64,000 nt of DNA from Armatimonadota bacterium (lineage in GTDB: Bacteria > Armatimonadota > UBA5829 > DSUL01): the NCBI GenBank assembly GCA_039811685.1, contig JBDHZC010000006.1, positions 96,001 through 160,000 on the forward strand, written 5' to 3'. Made by a program: the position numbers and the translations under genes. The notes beneath the pieces were generated by a model that worked only from the letters and a program-made list of their open reading frames with translations, was not told the DNA's origin and made no database searches. This document shows positions 19,530 to 28,466 of this stretch, piece after piece (within the stretch, counting starts at the first letter, position 1; every line of letters starts with the position of its first letter).

Positions 19530-20243
19530 TCAGTGCACTACGCGCAGCCAGTCCGCCAGAAGAAACCAGACACGGCCGATCAAGAGCGACATTCTGGCCA
19601 TAACGGTGGACCCGAACATTGCCCCGAACGCGAACATCAGCATCCAGCGACCAATGCGGGCTGAACCTCCAGCCGCCTTGTGTTTGTTGTAGTCGTAGCT
19701 AAAGAAAAAGTAGCTCAATACTGTGAGCAGCACAAAAACGAACACCGCGTTGTTGAGCGCCCCGGAAACTGAGAGTGACGCTTGCGGTGTGTGGGGCGCG
19801 ATTGAGGCGGCGGTCCCAGCAGCGACGGCGTAGCTGTGATGCGGCCACAAAGGCTTCAGGCTGGCGACAATCTTGGGGAAGTTGTTGCCAGCAAAATCCT
19901 GGAACATGAAGCCAACCGCCAGCCCCATGACAATGCCGAAAGCCAGGCGGCTGATCCAGTTGTGCTTCTGGGAATAGATGAAGTAGAACATCCCGCCCCC
20001 AACAAGCGCAAACGCCCACCACCACTGCCCCTGATCCCACATCGGGACCCACCACTTCGGGATGAGCACCTCCGAGACAATCAGAAACAGCCCATAGCCA
20101 ACCGCCAGCCCCAGATAGAAATGCTCGAAGACGCGATAGACCACGTTTTCGCGGTACAGGAATGTGTAGATCGCCAGCGTGCAAATGGCCCCTGCCCAGA
20201 TGATGGCCCTCTCGCCGGTAAGCAGATGCAGCAGATCGCTCAT
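19530..20243 (-). CDS. Uncharacterised polytopic membrane protein (operon gene 6)
   Basis: About 6 hydrophobic segments; IYTFLYRENVVYRVFEHFYLG, LSYFFFS, GRWMLMFAFGAMFGSTVMARMSLLIGR; ATGA overlap with the upstream gene. Confidence 0.85.
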   Translation of the reverse strand: MSDLLHLLTGERAIIWAGAICTLAIYTFLYRENVVYRVFEHFYLGLAVGYGLFLIVSEVLIPKWWVPMWDQGQWWWAFALVGGGMFYFIYSQKHNWISRLAFGIVMGLAVGFMFQDFAGNNFPKIVASLKPLWPHHSYAVAAGTAASIAPHTPQASLSVSGALNNAVFVFVLLTVLSYFFFSYDYNKHKAAGGSARIGRWMLMFAFGAMFGSTVMARMSLLIGRVWFLLADWLRVVH

Positions 20244-21073
20244 GAGGACGCGCCTTTTGCGGCACGGGAAAGAAAGTAGCCGGCGTTGGCCAAAACGACA
20301 AGCCCAATCATCAATAGCTCGGCAAATGACAGCGAGTTGCTCCAGCGAAGTCCATTGCCTGGAATTCCCAGCAACTTCTCATACTGAGCCGCTCCGACCA
20401 TGCCGGGCAGCATACCGACGATCTGATTGGCGTCCAGAGGATCGTATCCCTGTGCCACCATAACTGCCGTAGGCGCATAACCAAGTGGAACGCCGTAGGC
20501 CTCGTGCGCAAATGCAATCAGGTCGCTGATGCCTCCAACAGGCGTGATGTGCGCAATGAAGCCGACATCGCGAATCGTCTTGATGCCGCGCATAGCCTTG
20601 AGCTTCTCAATCGGCACGCCTTTGTAGTCCTGTTTTACAGTTGCGGGAAGGTTCTTGCCCAACCCCTTGAAAAACGACGGCAGAGGCACGACACGCCAAC
20701 CCCAGTTCACCCAGTCATCTCCGTACTTCTTCCCCTCCTTTTGCGCAATCTTCTCCGCCAGGTTCTCCATCAAAGTGGACGTCTGGGGCGCGAAAGGCAG
20801 GATCGCAAAGGGGATGTTGCGGCGAAAGAGGTGCGTCATCAGAGCTGCTGTCTGCGGCTGGCTTTCGGCAATAGTGCCTGCCCCCCAGTCTCCCGTAAGA
20901 ATGGCGATCTGACCGTGGGGGATGTGCTCAACTGTGTCATAAACGCCCTGGACTTCCGGGTTCACGACTGTGGGCATCTGAAACCGGACAAACATCGGGA
21001 TAGCGACGACGACAACCAGCAGCAGATACATAATCCGCCGGTCAATTGTCTGGATAGCAAGAAGGTATTTCAT
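20240..21073 (-). CDS. Uncharacterised membrane-anchored protein, TM - soluble alpha/beta domain - TM (operon gene 5)
   Basis: IDRRIMYLL N-terminal TM, DWGAGTIAESQP, YGDDWVNWG, GMLPGMVGAAQYE, C-terminal TM. Confidence 0.85.
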   Translation of the reverse strand: MKYLLAIQTIDRRIMYLLLVVVVAIPMFVRFQMPTVVNPEVQGVYDTVEHIPHGQIAILTGDWGAGTIAESQPQTAALMTHLFRRNIPFAILPFAPQTSTLMENLAEKIAQKEGKKYGDDWVNWGWRVVPLPSFFKGLGKNLPATVKQDYKGVPIEKLKAMRGIKTIRDVGFIAHITPVGGISDLIAFAHEAYGVPLGYAPTAVMVAQGYDPLDANQIVGMLPGMVGAAQYEKLLGIPGNGLRWSNSLSFAELLMIGLVVLANAGYFLSRAAKGASS

Positions 21074-21076
21074 CTC

Positions 21077-21994
21077 TTAGACGTCGCGCTCAAAGTAGCT
21101 GCCACGCTCGAGGGAGAGCCAGATGCGAAGGCCAGTCGCCAGCATGCCCACCGCGAGTCCAAAATTGATACCCCTCTGCGCCGCTGCGTTCGGCTGTCTC
21201 AGAACCCATTGCCCAACGCGCTCGATTCTCAGATTTGACAACAGACCATGATCCGGCAGCCAGCTTGTCAGCCATGCGCCGACCGGAATCTGGCTCAGCA
21301 TCACCAGAAGCGCCGCAGCCATCATAATGCTGGCTTCGAAGCTGCGGATGCGAAAGGCGCGGTACGCTGCTGAGATAATAAAGAAGGCAATTAACGAGAA
21401 CATTGCGGCGTCGAGCTGGAAGAACAGCCCGCTCGTCGCGAACGCAAAGAGGTCCGGAATTCCAGAAAATTGCTTGAGATATCCGGCAAAGATCATGAAC
21501 GCCAGCCCGAGAAAGAAGAATGAACTGGCAAATGCGCCCTTGGTGACGTGGACGACGTTTCGGAAGTGAAGGTGGATCAGATTCCACAATCCCAGCGCGA
21601 AAGTAAACGCCCCGATAACCTGCCAGACCGTATTGACATTCTCCAGATACAAAGACAGCCAGTTCTCATCAGGCGCCAGACGCGAGTTGGACGCCAGAGG
21701 GCGCAAGAACCACCCGAACAGAGCGCTCATCGTCCGGTTCCACGGGGAGTGAGAGGCGAGCACCGTCTCTGCAGTTGCTTTCGGTGGCAGGAGAAACTCC
21801 AGGCTGAAGTACAGGCCGGCAATGAACGTGGCGGAGACGATCAGGGGCTTGCGGAAGCGCTTGGGTGTCTGCGTCAACAGAGCTATGAAGAGGCCGCCAG
21901 CGAACAGGCATCCGGCAATGTAGAGCGCGTTGAGTTTGTGATTGGGCTGCGCCTGGAAAAACGCCCCCAGCGGCAGTGCAAGACCTGTGCTCAT
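21077..21994 (-). CDS. Uncharacterised polytopic membrane protein (operon gene 4)
   Basis: About 7 hydrophobic segments; AMFSLIAFFIISAAYRAFRIRS, PNAAAQRGINFG, LRIWLSLERGSY. Confidence 0.85.
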   Translation of the reverse strand: MSTGLALPLGAFFQAQPNHKLNALYIAGCLFAGGLFIALLTQTPKRFRKPLIVSATFIAGLYFSLEFLLPPKATAETVLASHSPWNRTMSALFGWFLRPLASNSRLAPDENWLSLYLENVNTVWQVIGAFTFALGLWNLIHLHFRNVVHVTKGAFASSFFFLGLAFMIFAGYLKQFSGIPDLFAFATSGLFFQLDAAMFSLIAFFIISAAYRAFRIRSFEASIMMAAALLVMLSQIPVGAWLTSWLPDHGLLSNLRIERVGQWVLRQPNAAAQRGINFGLAVGMLATGLRIWLSLERGSYFERDV

Positions 21995-22827
21995 CCGCCC
22001 ACCGGGAGTGAAAAGAATTCGACGACTTTCAGCAGAGCCGCTGGCCAGTGCCGATCAAGCCCGAGCTGCGCTCCCAAAGCTGTGCCACCCGAGATTCCCG
22101 CCACAGTGACCGAGATAACCCCCAGAACGACACATGCGATAAGCACCAGCTTGGCCCAGTCCTGCCCAACGAGGCTTCCGAGCAGGGTCGGCTCTTTGGA
22201 GAGGTAAGCGCTTCCCGCGTAGTACTCATCTCCAATAATTGTGTAATCACATGCGGCGATGAAGAACGGAAGCTGCGCAGTCTCCGGCGTCCCGGCTACC
22301 TGGATCGCGCCCACATGGTGCCCCGTCTCCGCCAGAATGAGCGACTCAGCAAAGAAGTTGCCAAAGTAAAAACAGCTCGCCACACGCTCCCTCGTCATGA
22401 CGCCCACGGAGGCTGACGCATACGCAAACTGCTGGTCGGAGAGAAACTGGATGTCCTGGGGTTCGTACAACTCAGGCGTTCCTTCGTGCGTGTAGGCTTC
22501 CCGCGCGACTTCCTGAGCGATCGTGAAAAGCACCGCATCTGCCAGCGCAACAATAACCCGCGTCCGGAACTTCGCAGCCAGCCGCAAAATGTGCGACAAA
22601 ATGGACATTGACTGCAGCCCGACGATATTGAGTCCCTGAATGCCTGGAGAGTAGAAGATCGCCCGCCCCATTTCAGTCGCGCGCCCGACAGCTTCGTCAA
22701 TGGCCTGCAGCCCCGGAATCTTTCTAATGAACAGCTCCGCGCCGCGACGCGCGGACACAATCTTGTAAAGAATCAAAAAGCACAGAATGAACTCGATCAG
22801 AGCAACAGAGAGATTGGCGTGCTTCAC
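21991..22827 (-). CDS. DUF6754-like uncharacterised membrane-anchored protein (operon gene 3)
   Basis: IRKIPGLQAIDEAVGRATEMGR, QFAYA, FFAESLILAETG, QVAGT, QLPFFIAACDYTIIGDEYYAGSAYLS; family name recalled from these motifs; GTG start after AAGGAAG. Confidence 0.85.
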   Translation of the reverse strand: MKHANLSVALIEFILCFLILYKIVSARRGAELFIRKIPGLQAIDEAVGRATEMGRAIFYSPGIQGLNIVGLQSMSILSHILRLAAKFRTRVIVALADAVLFTIAQEVAREAYTHEGTPELYEPQDIQFLSDQQFAYASASVGVMTRERVASCFYFGNFFAESLILAETGHHVGAIQVAGTPETAQLPFFIAACDYTIIGDEYYAGSAYLSKEPTLLGSLVGQDWAKLVLIACVVLGVISVTVAGISGGTALGAQLGLDRHWPAALLKVVEFFSLPVGG

Positions 22828-23123
22828 GTCGCTTCCTTTACCCGCGCCGCGTGCATCGCTTCGATATGACCGATCAGCCTTTCAGCGCCTCCGTCCTGGT
22901 ACATCAGTCTTGAAAACTCTCCCACACCGTCCAGCCCAAAGACCGGCGCCAGCACGGGTGAGGCCACAAGCAGCGCCTGTCCGGCCAATCGGGATAGGGG
23001 GCGGTGCATATCAAGGAACAGAATTGCCGGTGTGGCCAGGCCAAGCCGGACAACTCTGCGGGCAATCCTGCGGCACAGCTCCTCGGCCTGCTCCGGCGCC
23101 AGCGGCTCATTCAGATCAATCAA
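22824..23123 (-). CDS. Small hypothetical protein (operon gene 2)
   Basis: IARRVVRLGLATPAILFLDMHRPLSRLAGQAL; TTG start at 23123 after AGGAAG, overlapping the upstream stop. Confidence 0.75.
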   Translation of the reverse strand: MIDLNEPLAPEQAEELCRRIARRVVRLGLATPAILFLDMHRPLSRLAGQALLVASPVLAPVFGLDGVGEFSRLMYQDGGAERLIGHIEAMHAARVKEAT

Positions 23124-23586
23124 CGGCGGCCGCTTCCTGACTTCGGCAGCGCTGCACAACATCCAGCACTTCCTGCCGGTTCCCAGCAAACCGAAGAAAA
23201 ACTCCGCGGTAAACCTCCCTGCGAGAGCGAACGCTCAGAGGAGATAGCTTCACGCCATCGCCTGCCAGCCATATTCTGCGCACGTTCTCCCAGCCGATTT
23301 CGCTGCGAGAAAACAGACAGCGAGCGCCCGCGCTCTTCGCGCTGATGAAGTAGTGCACGGGAAATAGATAGTCAGCCACAGAAGCCACAATGGCAGCCCC
23401 CACCACAACCGCAGCGCCCCAGCCGAACATGGAGGCTCCTGCCCAGCCTGCGACCAGAACGCAGCCTATCACCACGGGTAGGCGGCGCGGGTCTTCTCTG
23501 AGCCGGTGCGTACTCCACTGCAGCACAGGCACGTGCGCGCATGGACTAAGGGTTTCTAATTCGAGAGTTGTGTGGCAATCTGACAT
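23116..23586 (-). CDS. Hypothetical two-TM protein with C-terminal PH-like beta domain (operon gene 1)
   Basis: Hydrophobic hairpin, YLFPVHY, IGWENVRR, GVKLSP...RREVYRGVFLRF. Confidence 0.75.
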   Translation of the reverse strand: MSDCHTTLELETLSPCAHVPVLQWSTHRLREDPRRLPVVIGCVLVAGWAGASMFGWGAAVVVGAAIVASVADYLFPVHYFISAKSAGARCLFSRSEIGWENVRRIWLAGDGVKLSPLSVRSRREVYRGVFLRFAGNRQEVLDVVQRCRSQEAAAVD

Positions 23587-23658
23587 AGTCTGAGCAAGAA
23601 GTCAGTAGACCGCGAAAGCGCGTTGGCGCAAATACTCCCGCGTGGTGTTGGACACAGG

Positions 23659-23688
23659 ATTCTATCTGCGCACGCAAAATCCCTGCAA
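23659..23688 (-). promoter_or_regulatory. Putative sigma-70 promoter of the six-gene membrane operon
   Basis: Minus strand TTGCAG-18 nt-TAGAAT in the 128-bp gap after dxs. Confidence 0.6.
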
Positions 23689-23714
23689 TCTCATCCGAGA
23701 CGTTTTGCCAGCCG

Positions 23715-25625
23715 CTAGCGTTTGTGAGAATCGGCGGTGCGAGCGCACAAACTCATCGCCCGATCCACAATCTGCAGGACGCTCAACCCGCATTCCTGTT
23801 TTTGCCTGTCCGGAGAATCGTGCTCGATAAACCGGTCGGGCACGCCAATTCGCGCCACGGAGCAGTGCGGAGAGCTTTCTGACAAGAGTTCGGCCACAGC
23901 ACTGCCAAACCCGCCGACGACGCTGTTCTCCTCCAGCACAACAACGCGTCCACACTTCTGGGCGGCAGCGCGAATCCGCTGCTCATCCAGCGGTTTGACA
24001 AACAGCGCATTGATCACTTCCGAGGAGACTCCACGCGTGGCAAGCTGCTCAGCGGCCTCCTGCGCAAGCGGAACCGTGGACCCTACAGCGACAATAGCAA
24101 GGTCCTCACCAGTTCGCAGAGTCTGACCACGCCCGATCACCAGAGGCCTTGGGACGCGCTTCTCCCACTCCTGCGGGCACGCTCCTCTCGGATAGCGAAT
24201 GGCAATCGGGCCATCGTGCTGCATAGCCGTCAAAAGCATATCCCCGAGTTCGTTCGCCGTGGAGGGCGCCATTATGACCATGCGGGGCATCAGGCGCAGG
24301 TACGAAAGGTCAAATACGCCGTGGTGTGTCGGGCCATCGTCACCCACCAGCCCAGCGCGATCCAGACAGAAGACAACTGGCAGGTTCTGGATGCACACGT
24401 CGTGCAGCACCTGATCAAACGCGCGCTGCAGGAAGGTGGAATAGATAGCGACAACCGGGCGCATGCCCGCTGCAGCCAGCGACCCGGCAAAGGTGACGGC
24501 GTGCTGTTCCGCGATAGCAACGTCAAAAAACCGCTCTGGGAAGCGCTGCGCAAAACCCGTCAGACCCGTTCCATCCGGCATGGCAGCCGTTATCGCGACG
24601 ACGCGCTGATCATCGGCGGCAATATCCTCCAGATACTCGGCAAAAACTTTGGTCCAGGTCGGGTTCCCGGACTTCTTCTCCATCTTCCCGCTTTCGGTGT
24701 CAAAGGGCGTTACGCCGTGGAAGCACCGGGCGTCGTTCTCCGCATACTCACAGCCCTTGCCTTTCACCGTAACCACATGCACCAGCACAGGCCCTTTGAG
24801 CGCCTTGACTCCTTCAAAGACCTCTATCAGCGTTTCCGTGTCGTGCCCATCAATAGGCCCGACATACGTGAAGCCCAGATGCTCAAAGACCGGACCGTCC
24901 TTCGGAGAAACCAGATGCGCCATCCCCAGCTTGAGCCCCTCCGCAGCCTGGTGGATGGCCCGGCTGCCCACTGGCATGTGCTCAACGATGCCTTTCGCCC
25001 GCTGCTCGATCTCTTGCACAAAGGGCCGGGATCGCAGACGGGCAAAGTGTGTTGAGAGCGCACCGACAGCCTCCGCAATGGACATGGAATTGTCGTTGAG
25101 GATCACGGTCATGTCCGTTTTGAGCTGCCCGGCGTGATTGAGCGCCTCTATGGCCATTCCAGAAGTGAGAGCGGAGTCGCCAACGACAGCGACGACATCC
25201 TCGTGAGTGCCCTTGAGGTCGCGGGCCTGGGCGTATCCCAGCGCTGCTGAGATGGCCGTCCCGGCGTGTCCGGCCCCAAAGGCATCGTAGGGACTCTCCT
25301 CCATGCGGCAGAAACCCGAGAGCCCCCCGCCCTGTCGAATCGAGTGGAACTGGTCTCTTCGGCCGGTCAGCAGTTTGTGAGGGTAGGACTGGTGTCCAGT
25401 GTCGAAGATGATGGTGTCTGTGGGCGCATTCCAGACTGTATGGATCGCGATAGTCAACTCTGAGCATCCGAGATTGCTCGCAAGATGGCCGCCGTTCTTG
25501 GAGACGACGCCAAGCACCTGTTCCCGGATCTCCTCAGCCAGTGTTTTCCGCTCCGCTGGCGTCAGCTCTTTGAGATCTGCGGGAGATTCAATCCGTCCCA
25601 AGACACTTTTTCTCTCGTGTGACAT
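23715..25625 (-). CDS. dxs: 1-deoxy-D-xylulose-5-phosphate synthase
   Basis: GGHLASNLG, DTGHQSYPHK, GDSALTSGMAIEALN, ILNDN, YVGPIDGH, DVAIAEQHA, DRAGLVGDDGPTH. Confidence 0.98.
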   Translation of the reverse strand: MSHERKSVLGRIESPADLKELTPAERKTLAEEIREQVLGVVSKNGGHLASNLGCSELTIAIHTVWNAPTDTIIFDTGHQSYPHKLLTGRRDQFHSIRQGGGLSGFCRMEESPYDAFGAGHAGTAISAALGYAQARDLKGTHEDVVAVVGDSALTSGMAIEALNHAGQLKTDMTVILNDNSMSIAEAVGALSTHFARLRSRPFVQEIEQRAKGIVEHMPVGSRAIHQAAEGLKLGMAHLVSPKDGPVFEHLGFTYVGPIDGHDTETLIEVFEGVKALKGPVLVHVVTVKGKGCEYAENDARCFHGVTPFDTESGKMEKKSGNPTWTKVFAEYLEDIAADDQRVVAITAAMPDGTGLTGFAQRFPERFFDVAIAEQHAVTFAGSLAAAGMRPVVAIYSTFLQRAFDQVLHDVCIQNLPVVFCLDRAGLVGDDGPTHHGVFDLSYLRLMPRMVIMAPSTANELGDMLLTAMQHDGPIAIRYPRGACPQEWEKRVPRPLVIGRGQTLRTGEDLAIVAVGSTVPLAQEAAEQLATRGVSSEVINALFVKPLDEQRIRAAAQKCGRVVVLEENSVVGGFGSAVAELLSESSPHCSVARIGVPDRFIEHDSPDRQKQECGLSVLQIVDRAMSLCARTADSHKR

Positions 25626-25631
25626 AAGGCT

Positions 25632-26420
25632 TTAGACTTCTTTATTACCGGAAGGAGAAGGGCGCCGATCAAGCAGAATCCGCTCTGCAAGCGCGAAGTC
25701 GGTCAACTGATCCAAATCTTCACCGATCTCTGGCTCATCACAGACAAGCGCGCGCAGTCTGCCAGGCATCGCTCGCTCAGCCGCCGACTCCAGAGCGCGG
25801 ACACTGACTGCGCCGCTCCATATCTTCTGAGCTGCGATCACTTTCAGCAGCGTCCCGAAACCGACCATTCTCGCCAGCTTCAGCGGCTCTTTCCTGGCTT
25901 TGTAAAGGTCTTGAATGCGGGGCTCGGCGCGAAGGGCAAAATCCTTGTCTATAAGTACTGCATTTCCGCCAGTGAACGTTCCTTCCCTTACTCGAAGAAA
26001 GGTGCGCTTCAGCTCTGGATACCTGGCGTCACAGTCCTGCTTGCGAATGACAGGATAGACAAAGTCTGCGCTCAGTTCAAGCCCCCTGTCCACCAAGCGG
26101 CAAATTGCGGGGCCTTCGATCAGTGGAATGTCAGAGCTGGCCACCAGAATATCCGGCCCGCGCGCCTCGCGCACGCCTCGCATCATATTCTCCAGAAATG
26201 TCTCGCCAGGTTCAATCTGCACATCTCCGTCTCTGGCGTGAGGGCCGACTGTGATAACCCGGCTGATGCGCTGCGAGGACCGCAGAGCCTCCAGAACCCA
26301 GTCAATCATCCGTCGCCCGGCAACTGGCACATCTGATCGCCACTCCACATCGAATGCCTTGCGCACCTCCTCAGTAGCAGGCGCGCCAGCCAGCAGCACG
26401 CATTCAAGTTGAGACGGCAC
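25632..26420 (-). CDS. MobA-like NTP-transferase domain protein
   Basis: VLLAG, VAGRRMIDWV, ASSDIPLI, RTFLRVREGTFTGGN, DLD; GTG start overlaps the ispE stop (TAGTG). Confidence 0.8.
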   Translation of the reverse strand: MPSQLECVLLAGAPATEEVRKAFDVEWRSDVPVAGRRMIDWVLEALRSSQRISRVITVGPHARDGDVQIEPGETFLENMMRGVREARGPDILVASSDIPLIEGPAICRLVDRGLELSADFVYPVIRKQDCDARYPELKRTFLRVREGTFTGGNAVLIDKDFALRAEPRIQDLYKARKEPLKLARMVGFGTLLKVIAAQKIWSGAVSVRALESAAERAMPGRLRALVCDEPEIGEDLDQLTDFALAERILLDRRPSPSGNKEV

Positions 26421-27277
26421 TAAAGGGCGCTCCGCTCTGGCAGGCCTGAAGCCACTGCGCGCCAAACATCCGAGAAGTCTTCCGTAGCGCGCTCTGCTGC
26501 TTCACGAGTCGGGAAAATCCCAAACACCGCAGACCCGCTCCCGCACAAAAGCGCCCCCCGTGCACCGGCCCGCTCCAGACGGGCTTTCAGGTCTGCAATC
26601 TCCGGAAAACGACTGAACACTGCCATCTCGAAGTCGTTGCCCAGGAGACCGGGCACAGCATCGCTATCCCCGCTTTCAAGCGCCTGAGCCATCCGCGCAG
26701 CAAAGTGACCTTTCCTCACGCCGCCCGCTTTGTCCAGCTCGCGATAGGCCCAGCCGGTGGGCACTCCGACATCAGGCTTCACAATGAGAAAGTGCAGCTT
26801 CATCCGCGTGCGGACAGGTGCAAGCTCTTCCCCGCGCCCCCTGCCCCTCGCGCAGCCTCCCTCCAGAAAAAACGCGACATCAGATCCCAGAGTTGCGGCA
26901 AGGTGTCTCAGGTTCTGGCTAGACTGGCTAAAGTGAGCCGCCGCACGCAGAGCCGAGGCAGCATCCGACGAGCCACTGCCCAGGCCAGCCTCCACGGGGA
27001 TGCGTTTCCAGAGCCTTTGACTCACGCCGGAACATCCGGGCAGTGCATGCGCAGCTTTTACGACGAGATTGTCCGCCCCGGACGGCGCAATTCCTTCTTC
27101 CAGTTTGAAGTCAAATGAACCTGGTGTTGAAGCGACTTCCAGCGTATCCGCCAGGTCTATTTCGTAGAAAACAGTATCAATATCGTGGAAGCCGTCCGGA
27201 CGGGTACCGTAAACATCCAGCGCCAGGTTGACCTTGGCATAGCAGGACAGCGTGAGGGGCGTGGCGTTGACATTCAT
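26420..27277 (-). CDS. ispE: 4-diphosphocytidyl-2-C-methyl-D-erythritol kinase
   Basis: AKVNLAL, KRIPVEAGLGSGSSDAA, LGSDVAFF, NDFE, LCGSGSAVF. Confidence 0.97.
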   Translation of the reverse strand: MNVNATPLTLSCYAKVNLALDVYGTRPDGFHDIDTVFYEIDLADTLEVASTPGSFDFKLEEGIAPSGADNLVVKAAHALPGCSGVSQRLWKRIPVEAGLGSGSSDAASALRAAAHFSQSSQNLRHLAATLGSDVAFFLEGGCARGRGRGEELAPVRTRMKLHFLIVKPDVGVPTGWAYRELDKAGGVRKGHFAARMAQALESGDSDAVPGLLGNDFEMAVFSRFPEIADLKARLERAGARGALLCGSGSAVFGIFPTREAAERATEDFSDVWRAVASGLPERSAL

Positions 27278-27325
27278 AGGAGCAGACGCATTATAGCAGT
27301 TGCGCCTGCCACATGGAAACGATCT

Positions 27326-28057
27326 TCAGTACGTCCACGGATAGGTTGCGGCCGGTGAGAACTTCACGTTGCCGCCCTTGATCATCAGCGAAAGCACGCC
27401 CTGGTCGCCTTTCATACTCATCGCATGCAGGAAGTCAGACACAACCGGCCCACCCATCTCCTTGGCTGTCTGCCGGCTCTGGGCGGAAAATTCATTGTTC
27501 AGGACAATGCCCGGATCGTCCAGATCAACGTCCAGCCTGCCCGGGGAGAGGTAGTCGTTTGGACCGTAGATGTGTGGCCAGAAGTGATAACTCGCCTGGA
27601 AGAACTGGGGTGGATTGGTCCCAGGAGTCTGAACAAGAACGTAACCCGTGCCCGGATCGTTGACTTTGCTGGCCTTCACGCACCAGAAGACTTTGCCAGT
27701 CTTGGCATAGGGATAGAGTGGGCCAAGGCCGTCATACTGTTTCTTGAAGTCTGTGGTTCCTGGCCACGATTTGGGAGCGGGAGGCATGAAACCTCTAAAA
27801 TCGTCCGCATACTGAGTGAGGGCGATGTAAATCTGGTGCAGATTGCTGGTACACGTCGCCAACCTTCCCCGCTCTCGCGCCTGGGCAAAGACTGGAAAGA
27901 GAATGGCCGCCAGTATAGCGATGATAGCTATGACAACCAGCAGTTCAATGAGTGTGAACCCTCGCCTGGACTCTCGGAGCGGAATGCGCAGACTGCACGG
28001 CGCGGCTTCTGCGCGAACGAAGATGGCTCGTTTCGCACTTCGCATTTCTTGACTCAT
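27326..28057 (-). CDS. Prepilin-type N-terminal cleavage/methylation domain protein, DUF1559-like
   Basis: [46 protein letters not shown]-terminal H-X-DG motif degenerate. Confidence 0.88.
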   Translation of the reverse strand: MSQEMRSAKRAIFVRAEAAPCSLRIPLRESRRGFTLIELLVVIAIIAILAAILFPVFAQARERGRLATCTSNLHQIYIALTQYADDFRGFMPPAPKSWPGTTDFKKQYDGLGPLYPYAKTGKVFWCVKASKVNDPGTGYVLVQTPGTNPPQFFQASYHFWPHIYGPNDYLSPGRLDVDLDDPGIVLNNEFSAQSRQTAKEMGGPVVSDFLHAMSMKGDQGVLSLMIKGGNVKFSPAATYPWTY

Positions 28058-28087
28058 TTTAATCCCCCTGTGCCCCACCACCTCTTC

Positions 28088-28116
28088 ATACTACTGCTGA
28101 GACTCTGCAAAGTCAA
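28088..28116 (-). promoter_or_regulatory. Putative sigma-70 promoter of the second DUF1559 gene
   Basis: Minus strand TTGACT-17 nt-TAGTAT. Confidence 0.65.
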
Positions 28117-28345
28117 TACAGAGAAAGTCTTGTGAGGGAAGCTTGAAATCTCCGGGCAGAACTTGTGAAATACTGGACAACTTCGACACGGTCCCGGCAA
28201 TCGCATGAGGCGCCGGAAGGCGCCGTCTGGAGGCAACTACTGCGTAGTGGAGACGCCGGTCTAAGCTGCGTGAGAGAGGGTTCACAGGCAAAACAAGCCC
28301 GGCGCGAAGCGCAGAATTTATCACATCTCAGACCCTTGGATTTCA

Positions 28346-28375
28346 TTGGAACTCCTGTGCAGTGTTTGCTATAAT
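28346..28375 (+). promoter_or_regulatory. Putative dnaA promoter
   Basis: TTGGAA-18 nt-TATAAT with an extended -10 (TGcTATAAT). Confidence 0.7.
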
Positions 28376-28466
28376 TGCGGCCGGTGGAGACCATGCCGCC
28401 GCGGCAAAACTTCTCCCTGCCGGACCAAGGGAGAAGGTCTGAGTAGTCGTCAGGAGAGGGGTAGGA

